DNA of 64,000 nucleotides, taken from NCBI GenBank assembly GCA_964016885.1, contig OZ024740.1, positions 226,734,001-226,798,000 of the forward strand, given 5' to 3'. The DNA comes from Eledone cirrhosa. Lineage: Eukaryota. The position numbers were made by a program, and so were the translations under genes. Positions 14,608 to 26,589 of this stretch are shown here, piece after piece. Within the stretch, counting starts at the first letter, position 1; the number at the start of each line of letters is the position of its first letter. A model generated the notes under the pieces. It worked only from the letters and a program-made list of their open reading frames with translations. It searched no databases and was not told the DNA's origin.

Positions 14608-14690
14608 TTGATGGTGATAGGAATGGTGATGTTGATAGTTGTGATGATGATGATTGTCAAAGTTCTGATAGTGGTGATGGTGGTAGTACA
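13120..14690. repeat. Compound (GGT)n/(GAT)n triplet array
   Basis: Direct reading; recurring ggtgataggaatggtgatgttgatagtt subunit. Confidence 0.95.
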
Positions 14691-14949
14691 GAAGACTGAA
14701 TTAAAATATATTGAATAAATGAGATGAGGGAGAAAAAAATATATATCATAAGGGAGGGGGGAGTTGATGAGAGCTGTGGTGTATAAGTGGTGTCCCTTTT
14801 TATCCTCCCTCATGTCACCCCCACCACAACTGAACCCTATTGTTACCATCACTGCTACTGCACCCACAACAACCAGCAGCATCGTCAGAACTAACCCCTT
14901 TTTCTATCACAACCACTACTATAGTCACCCCCCCCCCCCTAACAACAAG

Positions 14950-15360
14950 CTACTGAGAGAACCTCTACATGGTTATTAAATCTGCTAGAAAAAGCAGCCA
15001 AATCTTCCTCCTGCTGTCTTAGAGAAAGTCCTGGATAATGTGATCCTGAGTTTCCAAGCTATAGGGAAATGACAGGATGGTCATGGCTGGGAGGTATTTG
15101 ACATATGACTACTGGATCCAGTTTGACATCGAAATAAACAACAGCAACTGTCATCACTCAAGCTTTGAAGGGGGCCTCTACATGGTCATTTGAACTGCTA
15201 GAAATAGAAACCAAATCTCCTTCGAATCATACCCTTCCATTGTGAAAAGGAAAGAACTAACACATTCAATGATGTACTCCTAGATATACAATGCTTGAGA
15301 GAATGACAAGATGGTCATGGATGGAATACCTTTGATTATAGGTCCGCTTTGTCAGCAGCA
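14950..15360 (+). repeat. Two copies of a dispersed SINE-like family (ctgctagaaa..gcagccaaat)
   Basis: Motif recurs at about 10660, 18740, 19100, 19265, 23740 and 50000. Confidence 0.65.
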
Positions 15361-17465
15361 ACATCAACAACTACCACAACTACCACCACAACTACTACCA
15401 CCACCACTACCAATACCACAACTACCACCACAACTACTACCACCACCACTACCAATACCACAACACCACCACAACTACTACTACCACCACTACCACTACC
15501 AATACCACCGCCACCACCAACATCAGTAGCAACATCAACAACTACTACTACTTTCACAACTACCACCACAACTACTACCACCACAACCACCACCAACAAC
15601 TACTACCACCACAACTACTACCACCACCATTACCAACCACTACCACTGCCACCACCACCACAACCACCACCAACAACTACTACCACCACCACAACCACCA
15701 CCACAACTACTACCACCACCACTACCAATACCACAACTACCACCACAACTACTACCACCACCACTACCAATACCACAACACCACCACAACTACTACTACC
15801 ACCACTACCACTACCAATACCACCGCCACCACCAACAACTACTACCACCACAACTACCACCACAACTACTACCACCACCACTACCAATACCACAACACCA
15901 CCACAACTACTACTACCACCACTACCACTACCAATACCACCGCCACCACCAACATCAGTAGCAACATCAACAACTACTACTACTTTCACAACTACCACCA
16001 CAACTACTACCACCACCACAACCACCACCAACAACTACTACCACCACAACTACTACCACCACCATTACCACTACCACTGCCACCACCACCACAACCACCA
16101 CCAACAACTACTACCACCACCACAACCACCACCACAACTACTACCACCACCACTACCAATACCACAACTACCACCACAACTACTACCACCACCACAACCA
16201 CCACCAACAACTACTACCACCACAACTACTACCACCACCATTACCACTACCACTGCCACCACCACCACAACCACCACCAACAACTACTACTACCACCACA
16301 ACCACCACCACAACTACTACCACCACCACTACCAATACCACAACTACCACCACAACTACTACCACCACCACAACCACCACCAACAACTACTACCACCACA
16401 ACTACTACCACCACCATTACCACTACCACTGCCACCACCACCACAACCACCACCAACAACTACTACTACCACCACAACTACCACCACAACTACTACCACC
16501 ACCACTACCAATACCACAACTACCACCACAACTACTACCACCACCACAACCACCACCAACAACTACTACCACCACAACTACTACCACCACCATTACCACT
16601 ACCACTGCCACCACCACCACAACCACCACCAACAACTACTACTACCACCACAACCACCACCACAACTACTACCACCACCACTACCAATACCACAACTACC
16701 ACCACAACTACTACCACCACCACAACCACCACCAACAACTACTACCACCACAACTACTACCACCACCATTACCACTACCACTGCCACCACCACCACAACC
16801 ACCACCAACAACTACTACTACCACCACAACTACCACCACAACTACTACCACCACCACTACCAATACCACAACTACCACCACAACTACTACCACCACCACA
16901 ACCACCACCAACAACTACTACCACCACAACTACTACCACCACCATTACCACTACCACTGCCACCACCACCACAACCACCACCAACAACTACTACTACCAC
17001 CACAACTACCACCACAACTACTACCACCACCACTACCAATACCACAACTACCACCACAACTACTACCACCACCACAACCACCACCAACAACTACTACCAC
17101 CACAACTACTACCACCACCATTACCACTACCACTGCCACCACCACCACAACCACCACCAACAACTACTACCACCACCACAACTACCACCACAACTACTAC
17201 CACCACCACTACCAATACCACAACTGCCACCACAACTACTACCACCACCACAACCACCACCAACAACTACTACCACCACAACTACTACCACCACCATTAC
17301 CACTAGCACTGCCACCACCACCACAACCACCACCAACAACTACTACCACCACAACTACCACCACAACTACTACCACCACCACCACTACCAATACCACAAC
17401 TACCAGCACAACTACTACTACCACCACTACCACTACCAATACCACCACCACCACCAGCAACAACA
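15360..17465. repeat. (ACC/ACT/ACA)n array with 176-bp higher-order period
   Basis: ORF-track repeats step by 176 nt (16007, 16183, 16359...). Confidence 0.93.
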
Positions 17466-18087
17466 CTAACCACCCTCACAATAACCCCCCAACCCCCAGT
17501 TTGAAATTAGTGTCATAGAAAGTAAATAATCAATGAAAAGAGGGGGAATATTTTCACAAAACACATCAACCCACCTTTCCACTTCCTTTCCTTTCGCTAT
17601 TTTTTTTCCTCCTTCCTTCCGCCTCCCCACTTTACCTTCTCTTCCACCTCCACCTCTACCTCCTCCTCCACCTCTACCTAGTCCCCCTCCACCTCCACCT
17701 CTACCTAGTCCCCCTTCACCTCCACCCCACTTTTCCTTCTCTTCCACCTCCACCTCTACCTCCTACTTCCTATCCTTTTCCTCTACCTCACCCTCCACCT
17801 CTACCTCACCCTCCACCTCTACCTCTCTGCCATCTCCTCCTTCCTATCCTCTTCCTCCCCTCTTAGTGATCCTTCTTCCACTCTAACATCACCTACATCT
17901 CCATCTCCCCCCCCCTAGTGATCCTTCTTCCTCTCTAGCATCACCTACTTCCACTTTCTCTTCCTCCCCCTCCTACTCCTCTCACTGATCCTCCTCCTGT
18001 TCTAGCATCACCACCTACCCCTCCTCCTCCTCCTCCTTCTCACCAACCTACCAGTGTCTCTCATCTTCACTGTTCCACTCTTTCATG

Positions 18088-18337
18088 TACCACCACCACC
18101 ACCACCATCACCATCATCACCATCACCACCATCACCATCATCACCATCACCATCATCACCACCATCATCATCCTCACCATCACCATCACCATCATCATCA
18201 CCATCATCATCATCACCATCACCATCATCATCACCACCATCATCATCATCATCACCATCACCATCACCATCATCATCACCATCACCACCATCATCACCAT
18301 CATCACCATCACCATCACCATCCCCATCACCACCATC

Positions 18338-18397
<60 letters not shown>

Positions 18398-20432
18398 GTT
18401 GTCGTTGTCAATGTTATCCTTGCCAATGTCATCGGAACCACCATCCACTTTCTCATCCTTACCATTACCACCACCATCATCATCATCATCATCATCAACA
18501 TCACTGTCATTGTCATCATTACCATCCACTTCATTATCCTCACCATCACCATCATCAGTATCATCATTGTCATCATCACCATCATCACAATCATTGCAAT
18601 CACAACCATTACTATCACCACCATCATTGCTACCATTAACCCATTATTGCCATCACTACCATCATCACCATCGTCATCACTTTCATCCTCGCCACCATCA
18701 TTTCTGAGCCAATGAACAAGCTTCTACAAATCTGCTTGAACTGCTAGAAAGAGCAGCCAAATTTCCCTCAATGACATGTTGACTGATATTGGTCTTAGTT
18801 TCCCTACATATAGGAAAGAGATGAGTTGGTCATAAATGGAATACATTTGATGATGTTTGTTCCATTAACCCCTTAGCATTTAAACCAACCATATCTGGCC
18901 AGAATTCTCTCGCATCTTTCTGTTCAAACCAGCCATAACCGGCCACACATACTGATGTTAAGGTATTGTTCTCAATATAAATAATATCAAAATCTCACAG
19001 ATTTGATATTATGTGAGGTAAAGCCTTTACTGTGAAAATACAATAGTAAACATAGAGTAATGTAAATGCACTGAACAAGCCTCTACAAAATTGCTTGAAC
19101 TGCTAGAAAGAGCAGCTAAATTTCCCTCAATGACATATTTGCTGATATCAGCCCTAGTTTCCCTGCATATAGGAAAGAGTTGAGTTGGTCATACATATAA
19201 TACATTTGATGATGTTTGTTCCATTATGGCTGACATAAGACCAAGTCATAGTAACAACAAACGCTGCTAGAAGTTGTCACCAAATATCCCTCAAATCATA
19301 CCTTTCTGTCTTATATAAGATAAAACATTTGATGATGATGTTATTGCTGTTGTGAACCCCATCACCACCCTAGTTTGTCTCTAGCCTATGTACTTACTCT
19401 TTTTCTTTAATGTTTCCTTCCTGTTCTCTTTTATACCACCATTAACCTACACTCCCACCTGCCACTACCACTTCCACTACCACCACTTCATAGATTTTAG
19501 TGCTTTTCACCTACTTATCCTCTTCTTTTCCACCACCTCCTATTACTATTCATTCTGTTCTCTTCAGCACCACCACTGCCATCACCACCACCACTGCCCT
19601 CACCACCACCACTGCCATCACCACCACCATTGCCCTCACCACCACCACCACTGTCATCACCACCACCACTTCCACCACCACCACCACTGTCATCACCACC
19701 ACCACTTCCATTACCACCACCACTGCCATCACCACCACCACTGTCATCACCACCACCACTGCCATCACCACCACCACTGCCATCACCACCACCACTGCCC
19801 TCACCACCACCACTGTCATCACCACCACCACTGCCATCACCACCACCACTGCCCTCACCACCACCACTGCCATCACCACCACCACTGCCCTCACCACCAC
19901 CACTGCCATCACCACCACCACTGCCCTCACCACCACCACCACTGCCATCACCACCACCACTGCCCTCACCACCACCACTGCCATCACCACCACCACTGTC
20001 ATCACCACCACCACTGCCATCACCACCACCACCACTGCCATCACCACCACCACTGCCCTCACCACCACCACCACTGTCATCACCACCACCACTGCCATCA
20101 CCACCACCACTGCCCTCACCACCACCACCACTGTCATCACCACCACCACTGCCCTCACCACCACCACTGCCATCACCACCACCACCACTGCCATCACCAC
20201 CACCACTGCCCTCACCACCACCACTGCCCTCACTACCACCACCACTGTCCTCACCACCACCACTGCCATCACCACCATCATTACCATCTTTACCACCACT
20301 GCCAACACCACCACTGTCATCACCACCACCACCACTGTCATCACCACCACCACTGCCATCACCACCATCATTACCATCTTTACCACCACTGCCAACATCA
20401 CCACTACCACTGCCATCTTCACCACCACCATT
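18088..20432. repeat. (CAT/CAC)n arrays flanking a local duplication (18711-18866 vs 19070-19226)
   Basis: Direct reading. Confidence 0.85.
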
Positions 20433-20766
20433 TAGTTGTTTAGCCTTTCTTTTTTTCTTTTTCCATACCTACTGTCATCCACTCTTTCTTTCTCACCACC
20501 TTCTCCCTCTCTTTATCTCTAGTTCTCTCTCCCTCTCTACTATGTGATGTTCTGCCAACCACTGGTCAAATCCCCAGCTCTTTTTTTTTTCTCCTTTGTT
20601 TTTTCTATTTTCTTCTCTTTCAACTCTCGAAGAATGGAAAGCAAAGTTGATCTTGCTGGGATTTGAACCCAGAGTGCCAAGAGCCAGAACAAATGCTACA
20701 AGAATAATCTCTTAGATAGACACAAGGCTGAATATTTGAGGTGGGGCAGGAAACATTTGGTTATAT

Positions 20767-21192
20767 CAGGGGGTGTGCAACATATTCCATTGGCGGGCCA
20801 CTTTTGAACATTGAAACAACTATTAGAGCCATTAATATTTATTGACTTTGCCTTTCATCCTTACGGGGTCGATAAAATAAAGTACCAGTAATGCACTGGG
20901 TAATTGCTGGCCTTGTGCCTAAAGTAGAAACAATTAATATTTATTAAGCACTATTCCAAAGATCCACCACAACTTCTTTCCATAACATGGAACTGGGAAA
21001 TTATAACACACATAACCCTATCATATCAGTGAAGCCCTTTAGTATAGGTCAACTAACAGAAAATTATATTGGGGTTACGAAAAACATTTTAAATAAGCCT
21101 ATAATGTAAAAATTAAAAACGGTCATTAGGGCCACTTTGACTGGTCTGGCAGACCAGATTGTGGCCCGTGGGCCACCTGTTGCACACCCCTG
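20767..21192. mobile_element. hAT-like MITE
   Basis: TIRs caggg(g)gtgtgcaaca / tgttgcacacccctg with subterminal gcgggcca / tggcccg; no matching 8-bp TSD. Confidence 0.65.
20844..20932 (+). mobile_element. 5'-truncated Meta/MESC-domain-like SINE nested in the MITE
   Basis: gactttgcctttcatccttacggggtcgataaaataaagtaccag; perfect 13-bp TSD attaatatttatt at 20831-20843 and 20933-20945. Confidence 0.8.
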
Positions 21193-21299
21193 AACTTTAG
21201 TGCACACACTAGTACTTTATTTTCTTGATGGCAGAAGTATGAAATACTAAGTTTGAAACCAGGATATAGAGAATCAGAGAAAATATCCCATTTTAATGA

Positions 21300-21760
21300 T
21301 TCTACCAATCCATAATACTAATAATTGTTTCTTCTTTTGACACAAGGCCAAACACTTGAAAGGAAGGGGAAAGTCAATTAGATTGAGCCAGTGAGTTACT
21401 GGTACTTTATTTTATCAACCCCATAAGGATGAAAGGCAAAGCTAACCTCAGCAGGATTTGAACTCAGAATGTAAAGCGCCATAACTATATACCGCAAAGC
21501 ATGTTGTCTGATGTTCTTCTGACACTGCCAATCCACCATTCTTCACTATCCAAATAATAATAATTTCTGATTTAGACACAAGGCCAAAAATTTGATGGAA
21601 TAAGAAAGTCAAATAAATTTCCCCCATCATCCCCATAAGGTTGAAAGGCAAAGCTAACCATGGCAAGATTTGAACTCAGAATATAAAGAGCCATAAAAAT
21701 ATGCCACAAGGATGTTGTCTGATGTTCTACTGATACTGCCAATCCACTGCCCTTTCACCA
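21300..21760 (-). mobile_element. Tandem decayed Meta-like SINE copies
   Basis: gatgaaaggcaaagctaacctcagcaggatttgaactcagaat twice; related copies about 8040-8160 and 20625-20700. Confidence 0.6.
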
Positions 21761-23039
21761 TTAATAATAATTGTGGATCATTAACCTCCCTCATTGTGTA
21801 CCCCTCCCAACATCAGCTTATTTTCTTCTTCCCTACCTCACCCATCTTCTCCCCATGTCCCTCTTTGTGGTCAACTTCATCAAGAGCCTTGTCAAATGTC
21901 AAATGTCAAGCTGCATATGAGAATGGGTATATGGAAGGTATGGTGTGTTCCTAGGAGTGTTGTATGTGTTGGGAGGGTGGATGGAAGATATGGATCAGGA
22001 TGGTATGTGTATTTATGTGTAAATGAACTGAGGACAGTGGTATATGTGGGGGGCAGGGACAGGAGAAAGAGAGGATATAGAGCAGAATATTATGTGTGTG
22101 GGGCTGGGGTGTTGAGAACAGCAGTGGTATGGTTGGAAGTTTTAGCCTGAAGTAGTATTTATTGTTGTTGTTGTTGGTTAGCCTCAGCTAACAACAACAT
22201 GTCATATGCTTCAATTATGACTTCTGGCTTCAGTACTGTGTCTGTCTACCAAATTTCACTCTCACAAAGCATTAGTCAACCCGAGGCTATAGTTGAAATT
22301 ACTTGCTCAAGGATCCATTCAGAGAGACTGAACCCGAAAGCATGTGGTGTCAGAGCAAAAAGGAGAGAGAAATGCAGGCTTTGGTATATTCATACATTAG
22401 CATAAATACAATATCAATTACAAACACTTACACACACATTCATGCATATTAGGGGAAGAAAAAAACATGGATGGCTCCATCTGATTCTGATGTAGAGAAA
22501 CCAGAGGTGGCCTTAGCATGTAATTCTTTTACTAAAGCTTTTAATACGATTAATACAGTAGAAAGGGATGATAAGTCATCAGACCACTGAAGCAACATGC
22601 TGCCTGGTGCAGACAGGAATCGAATTCATGCCCTTTATGATCATGAACAGTACAACCTAACCACTAAGCCACATGCCTCCATAAAATGCAGTTTTATTAT
22701 GAATTCTTTGCATTATTTCTGAAATCATTCAAACAACAAGGAATCAGGAATTGTTCTAAAGTGACGGAACAAATACCACATGGTACTTTTCCAATGCCCC
22801 ACTGATTCTGGTGCAAATGAAATGTATTTTACATAGATTCCTGACCTACTAGACAAAGTAACAGTATTTCCCCTAAATAACATCCTATTGGTTTAAATAA
22901 GGAGAAAAGATCACTGTAGGTAATGTCATATGTGCCTCTACAAAATATGAGATGGTCTTGGCTGGAATATATTTGATCATAGAACTGCTTGCCCAACAAT
23001 AAGTAATTTAAGGTCATTTTTTTCTGCTAAACCAATGGC

Positions 23040-23275
23040 CTAGCCCTGCAAGGCTCCTTGATAAGCTTCTTCCCAATGCCAGTCTTCTGTATCACCCCTC
23101 AATATCTCCTCCCTCTAGCATTAATTTCCTTCCCTATAATCTTTAGCCATGTCTTCCTTGGTCTTTCTCTTCCTCTACATCCTTCCACATTTATTTCCAT
23201 CACTCGTCTCATCCATTTGCTTTCATCCTTCCTCAACACATGACCCAACCATCACATTCCATTTCTCTTCCAAAT
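23040..23275 (-). pseudogene. RTE LINE C-terminal fragment
   Basis: WLGHVLRKDESKWMRRVMEINVEGCRGRERPRKTW. Confidence 0.8.
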
Positions 23276-23954
23276 ATTCTTTCTTTGCCATCACCACAAA
23301 TTTTGACAGCAACTAAACCCATGACAGCTATAGAAGAGAATGTTTTCTATGTAATCAGTGGAGGGAAATCTATGTATGTATACATGTGTGTGTATATGTG
23401 TGCATATATATAAATGTGCATGTGTTCTGTATATTATTTAAATTTCTCTTTCGTTCTTTTTTTTTTTATTCTTTGTGTTTTTTACGATGTTTATTGGAAT
23501 GTGTTCTGAATAAGGAATCATGCCTTGATTAGCAATGTTGTTTCAAATTACGTCAACAACAACAACAACAACAACAACAATAACTACAGATTGATTGTAG
23601 CTACAGACACAGCAACAATAACAACAAAAATAGCAATATTAGAAATAACAAGGATATATATGGATAAAATTGTCAACATTAATGAAGGTAAAAGCAGAAA
23701 AAACATTGACAACATAAAAAAGAGCAGTAGTTGCTTGATCTGTTAGAAATAGCAGTCAAATTTTCATCAACTTCACGCTTTATGGTGTTAAATAAAGATG
23801 GATACATTGTATAATATACAAAAAAGAAGGTAGAATTGTGGTGAATCAAACATCTTTTGATACAAGGACTGACCTAGGGCTAAATAACAATATTGAATGA
23901 CTGCAATAACAACAAAAACAACAGTAAATAACGATTACAACATTGAGAATGACA

Positions 23955-24780
23955 TCAGTAACAACAACAACAACAACAACAGCAGAAACAACAATAGTAA
24001 CTACCAACAACAACACTAATTACCACAAGAACAACAACAACATGAATTCCAAAAATCACCAACAACAATAACCACACAATCCAAATGAAAAATATAACAA
24101 ACAGCAATAATAATAACAACAACACCAGCTGTATTAAGGACAAGAGTAGCATCAACAACAGTAGCATCAACAACATCTACAACAAAATAACAACAGTAAC
24201 AGTAGTAACAAAAACAACCACAACAATAACAACCTGAGTAATAACAACAACAGTAGCAGCAGTAACAACAACAACAGCAACAACAGCAATAGCAACAACA
24301 GCAACAAAAGCAACAACAATAGCAACAGTAACAAAAACAACAACAACAGTACTAATAACAGCAACAACAACAATTGCAACAGTAACAAAAACAATAACAA
24401 CAACAACAGCAACAACAACAACAATAGCAACAGTAACAAAAACAACAACAGTACTAATAACAACAACAATATCAGCAATAGCAACTACAACAACAATAAC
24501 AACAGCATTAGAAATAATGTCAACAACAACAACAACAACAACAACAACAACGGTAACAATAAAAACAACAACAGCAATAACAACAATAACTACAGTAACA
24601 ATAACAACAACAGCAACAGCAATAACAACAACAACAGCAACAACAACAATGATAACAGTAACAATAACAACAACAACAGAAACAGCAATAACAACAACAA
24701 CAGCAACAATAACAACAACAGCAACAATAACAACAACAGCAACAGCAATAACAACAACAACAATAACAACAACAAAAGCT
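23955..24780. repeat. (AAC/AGC/AAT)n triplet array
   Basis: Direct reading. Confidence 0.93.
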
Positions 24781-25015
24781 ATTGACTAAAACTAACAAAA
24801 GATACAAGGAAAAACAAAATGTAAAGAACTTTTGAAGGAACATCAGAAGATGGATGTTAATCAGGGTGTGTGTGGGTGGGTGGGTGATGATTGTGGGTGG
24901 GGCGTGATTGTGTGAGTGTGAGGCGGGGGGATGATCGTGGGTGTGTGTGATTGTGTGGGTGCGTGTGTGTGTTGGGGGGGTTGTATATATATGGTTGGGT
25001 ATGTATATATGTGAT

Positions 25016-25061
<46 letters not shown>

Positions 25062-25188
25062 AATGTAGGAGGTGAGTTTTATTGTAGTACAATAAAGCAA
25101 TGCAGATATCGGATAAGAAGCACTCTACAGTTTGTGGGACTGGAGTATGCATAATATAAGATCAAAAGATGGTTAAAGGAGTTCAATA

Positions 25189-25259
25189 TATTTTATTATG
25201 CGCATTTCAAAAACAAACATCATCAAACAATAATATTTGTGTTTTCATCAGATAAAACA
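25189..25259 (-). ncRNA. Type I minimal hammerhead ribozyme (mirror copy)
   Basis: Exact reverse complement of 25369-25439. Confidence 0.75.
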
Positions 25260-25368
25260 GGAGAACATGATATGAAGGCTAAAAAAACACTTGTTGATAG
25301 TGCAGTTTATGTTGATTTAAAACTGCACTATCAACAAGTGTTTTTTTAGCCTTCATATCATGTTCTCC

Positions 25369-25439
25369 TGTTTTATCTGATGAAAACACAAATATTATTG
25401 TTTGATGATGTTTGTTTTTGAAATGCGCATAATAAAATA
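25369..25439 (+). ncRNA. Type I minimal hammerhead ribozyme
   Basis: tgttttat-CTGATGA(25377)-stem II of about 15 bp with G.U pairs-GAAA(25420)-tgcgca-TA(25430-31)-ataaaata; helix III region ATGCGCAT is palindromic. Confidence 0.75.
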
Positions 25440-25531
25440 TATTGAACTCCTTTAACCATCTTTTGATCTTATATTATATATATACATATATATATATATT
25501 TAGTTATGTAATAAACAACATAAGGCAATTA

Positions 25532-25592
25532 TTTCATTTACCAGTGGTTTCTTAAAAGCAAACAAATTTTGCTTTCAATCATCAGAATAAAA
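25532..25592 (-). ncRNA. Type I minimal hammerhead ribozyme
   Basis: ttttatt-CTGATGA-TTGAAAGCAAA-atttg-TTTGCTTTTAA-GAAA-ccactgg-TA-aatgaaa; 11-bp stem II, 7-bp stem I, GUA site. Confidence 0.8.
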
Positions 25593-25729
25593 AAATCCTG
25601 GTGTATTTATTGATAGAGCACTCTTTTTTCCTGGACCTTTCCGACGGAATTACTACATTCATACATAATATATATATTTATATATATATTAAAATACAAA
25701 TATTAATAAAATAGATGTTCTTTTGATCA

Positions 25730-25792
25730 ATTACATTTTATTATACATATTTCGGATGTACAACAGTACGTCCTCATCAGACAAAATATAAT
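25730..25792 (-). ncRNA. Type I minimal hammerhead ribozyme (mirror copy)
   Basis: Reverse complement of 25894-25956 with GAAA-tatgta-TA. Confidence 0.8.
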
Positions 25793-25893
25793 GATACATG
25801 ACATACCCTGAGATGTTAAATGGTTAAGATTTAATCAAGGTACTACCGTGATTAAATCTTAAACATTTAACATCTCAGGGTATGTTATGTATC

Positions 25894-25956
25894 ATTATAT
25901 TTTGTCTGATGAGGACGTACTGTTGTACATCCGAAATATGTGTAATAAAATGTAAT
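25894..25956 (+). ncRNA. Type I minimal hammerhead ribozyme
   Basis: attatattttgt-CTGATGA(25906)-GGACGTAC-tgtt-GTACATCC-GAAA(25933)-tatgtg-TA(25943-44)-ataaaatgtaat; canonical G10.1-C11.1 pair; 12-bp stem I with 2 G.U. Confidence 0.85.
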
Positions 25957-26589
25957 TGATCAAAAGAACATCTATTTTATTAATATTTGTATTTTAATAT
26001 TAATAACTCTGGAAAATTATTTTCTTGTAGAGTGCTTCCAATCTACTGTAAAACTCATTCTTTGATGTACGCATTGAATCTTGTTTAACTCTTTAACATA
26101 TATATATATGCGATTGTGTATGTAAATATGTGGTTGTGTATGTATATATATATGACTGTATATATGTGAGTGTCTGTGTGCATGTGTGATTGTGTATGTA
26201 TATATGTGATTGTGTGTATATATATGTGTGATTGTGTGTGTAAATATGTGATTGTGTGTGTATATGTGTGATTGTGTATGTATATGTGATTGTATGTATA
26301 CATGTGTGATTGTGTGTGTGCATATATGTGATTGTGTGTGAGTATGTGTGATCGTGTGTGTGTATATATGTGATTGTGTGTGTATATATGTGATTGTGTG
26401 TGTATATATGTGATTGCATGTGTATATATATATATATATGCGATTGTGTGTGTAAATATGTGATTGTGTATGTATATATATATGTGTGATTGTGTGTGTA
26501 TATATATGAGTGTGTGTGTCTATGTGTGATTCTGTATGCGTGTGTATTTGTGATTTTGTGTCCATATGTGAATGTGTATGTGTATGTGA

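Larger units (their letters stand above)
25062..25477. mobile_element. Fold-back PLE-like end 1: perfect 158-bp arms plus an 89-bp tail on the left arm
   Basis: 25151-25308 is the exact reverse complement of 25320-25477; 11-nt spacer; (TA)n on both sides. Confidence 0.9.
25686..26098. mobile_element. Fold-back PLE-like end 2: 157-bp arms plus a ~98-bp tail on the right arm
   Basis: Mirror about 25843 with about 4 mismatches; (TA)n on both sides. Confidence 0.9.

Noticed and set aside
13093-20547. Long poly-Thr/Pro/His/Val/Asp ORFs resembling mucins or extensins
   Set aside because: Translations of triplet microsatellites, open in several frames and on both strands.
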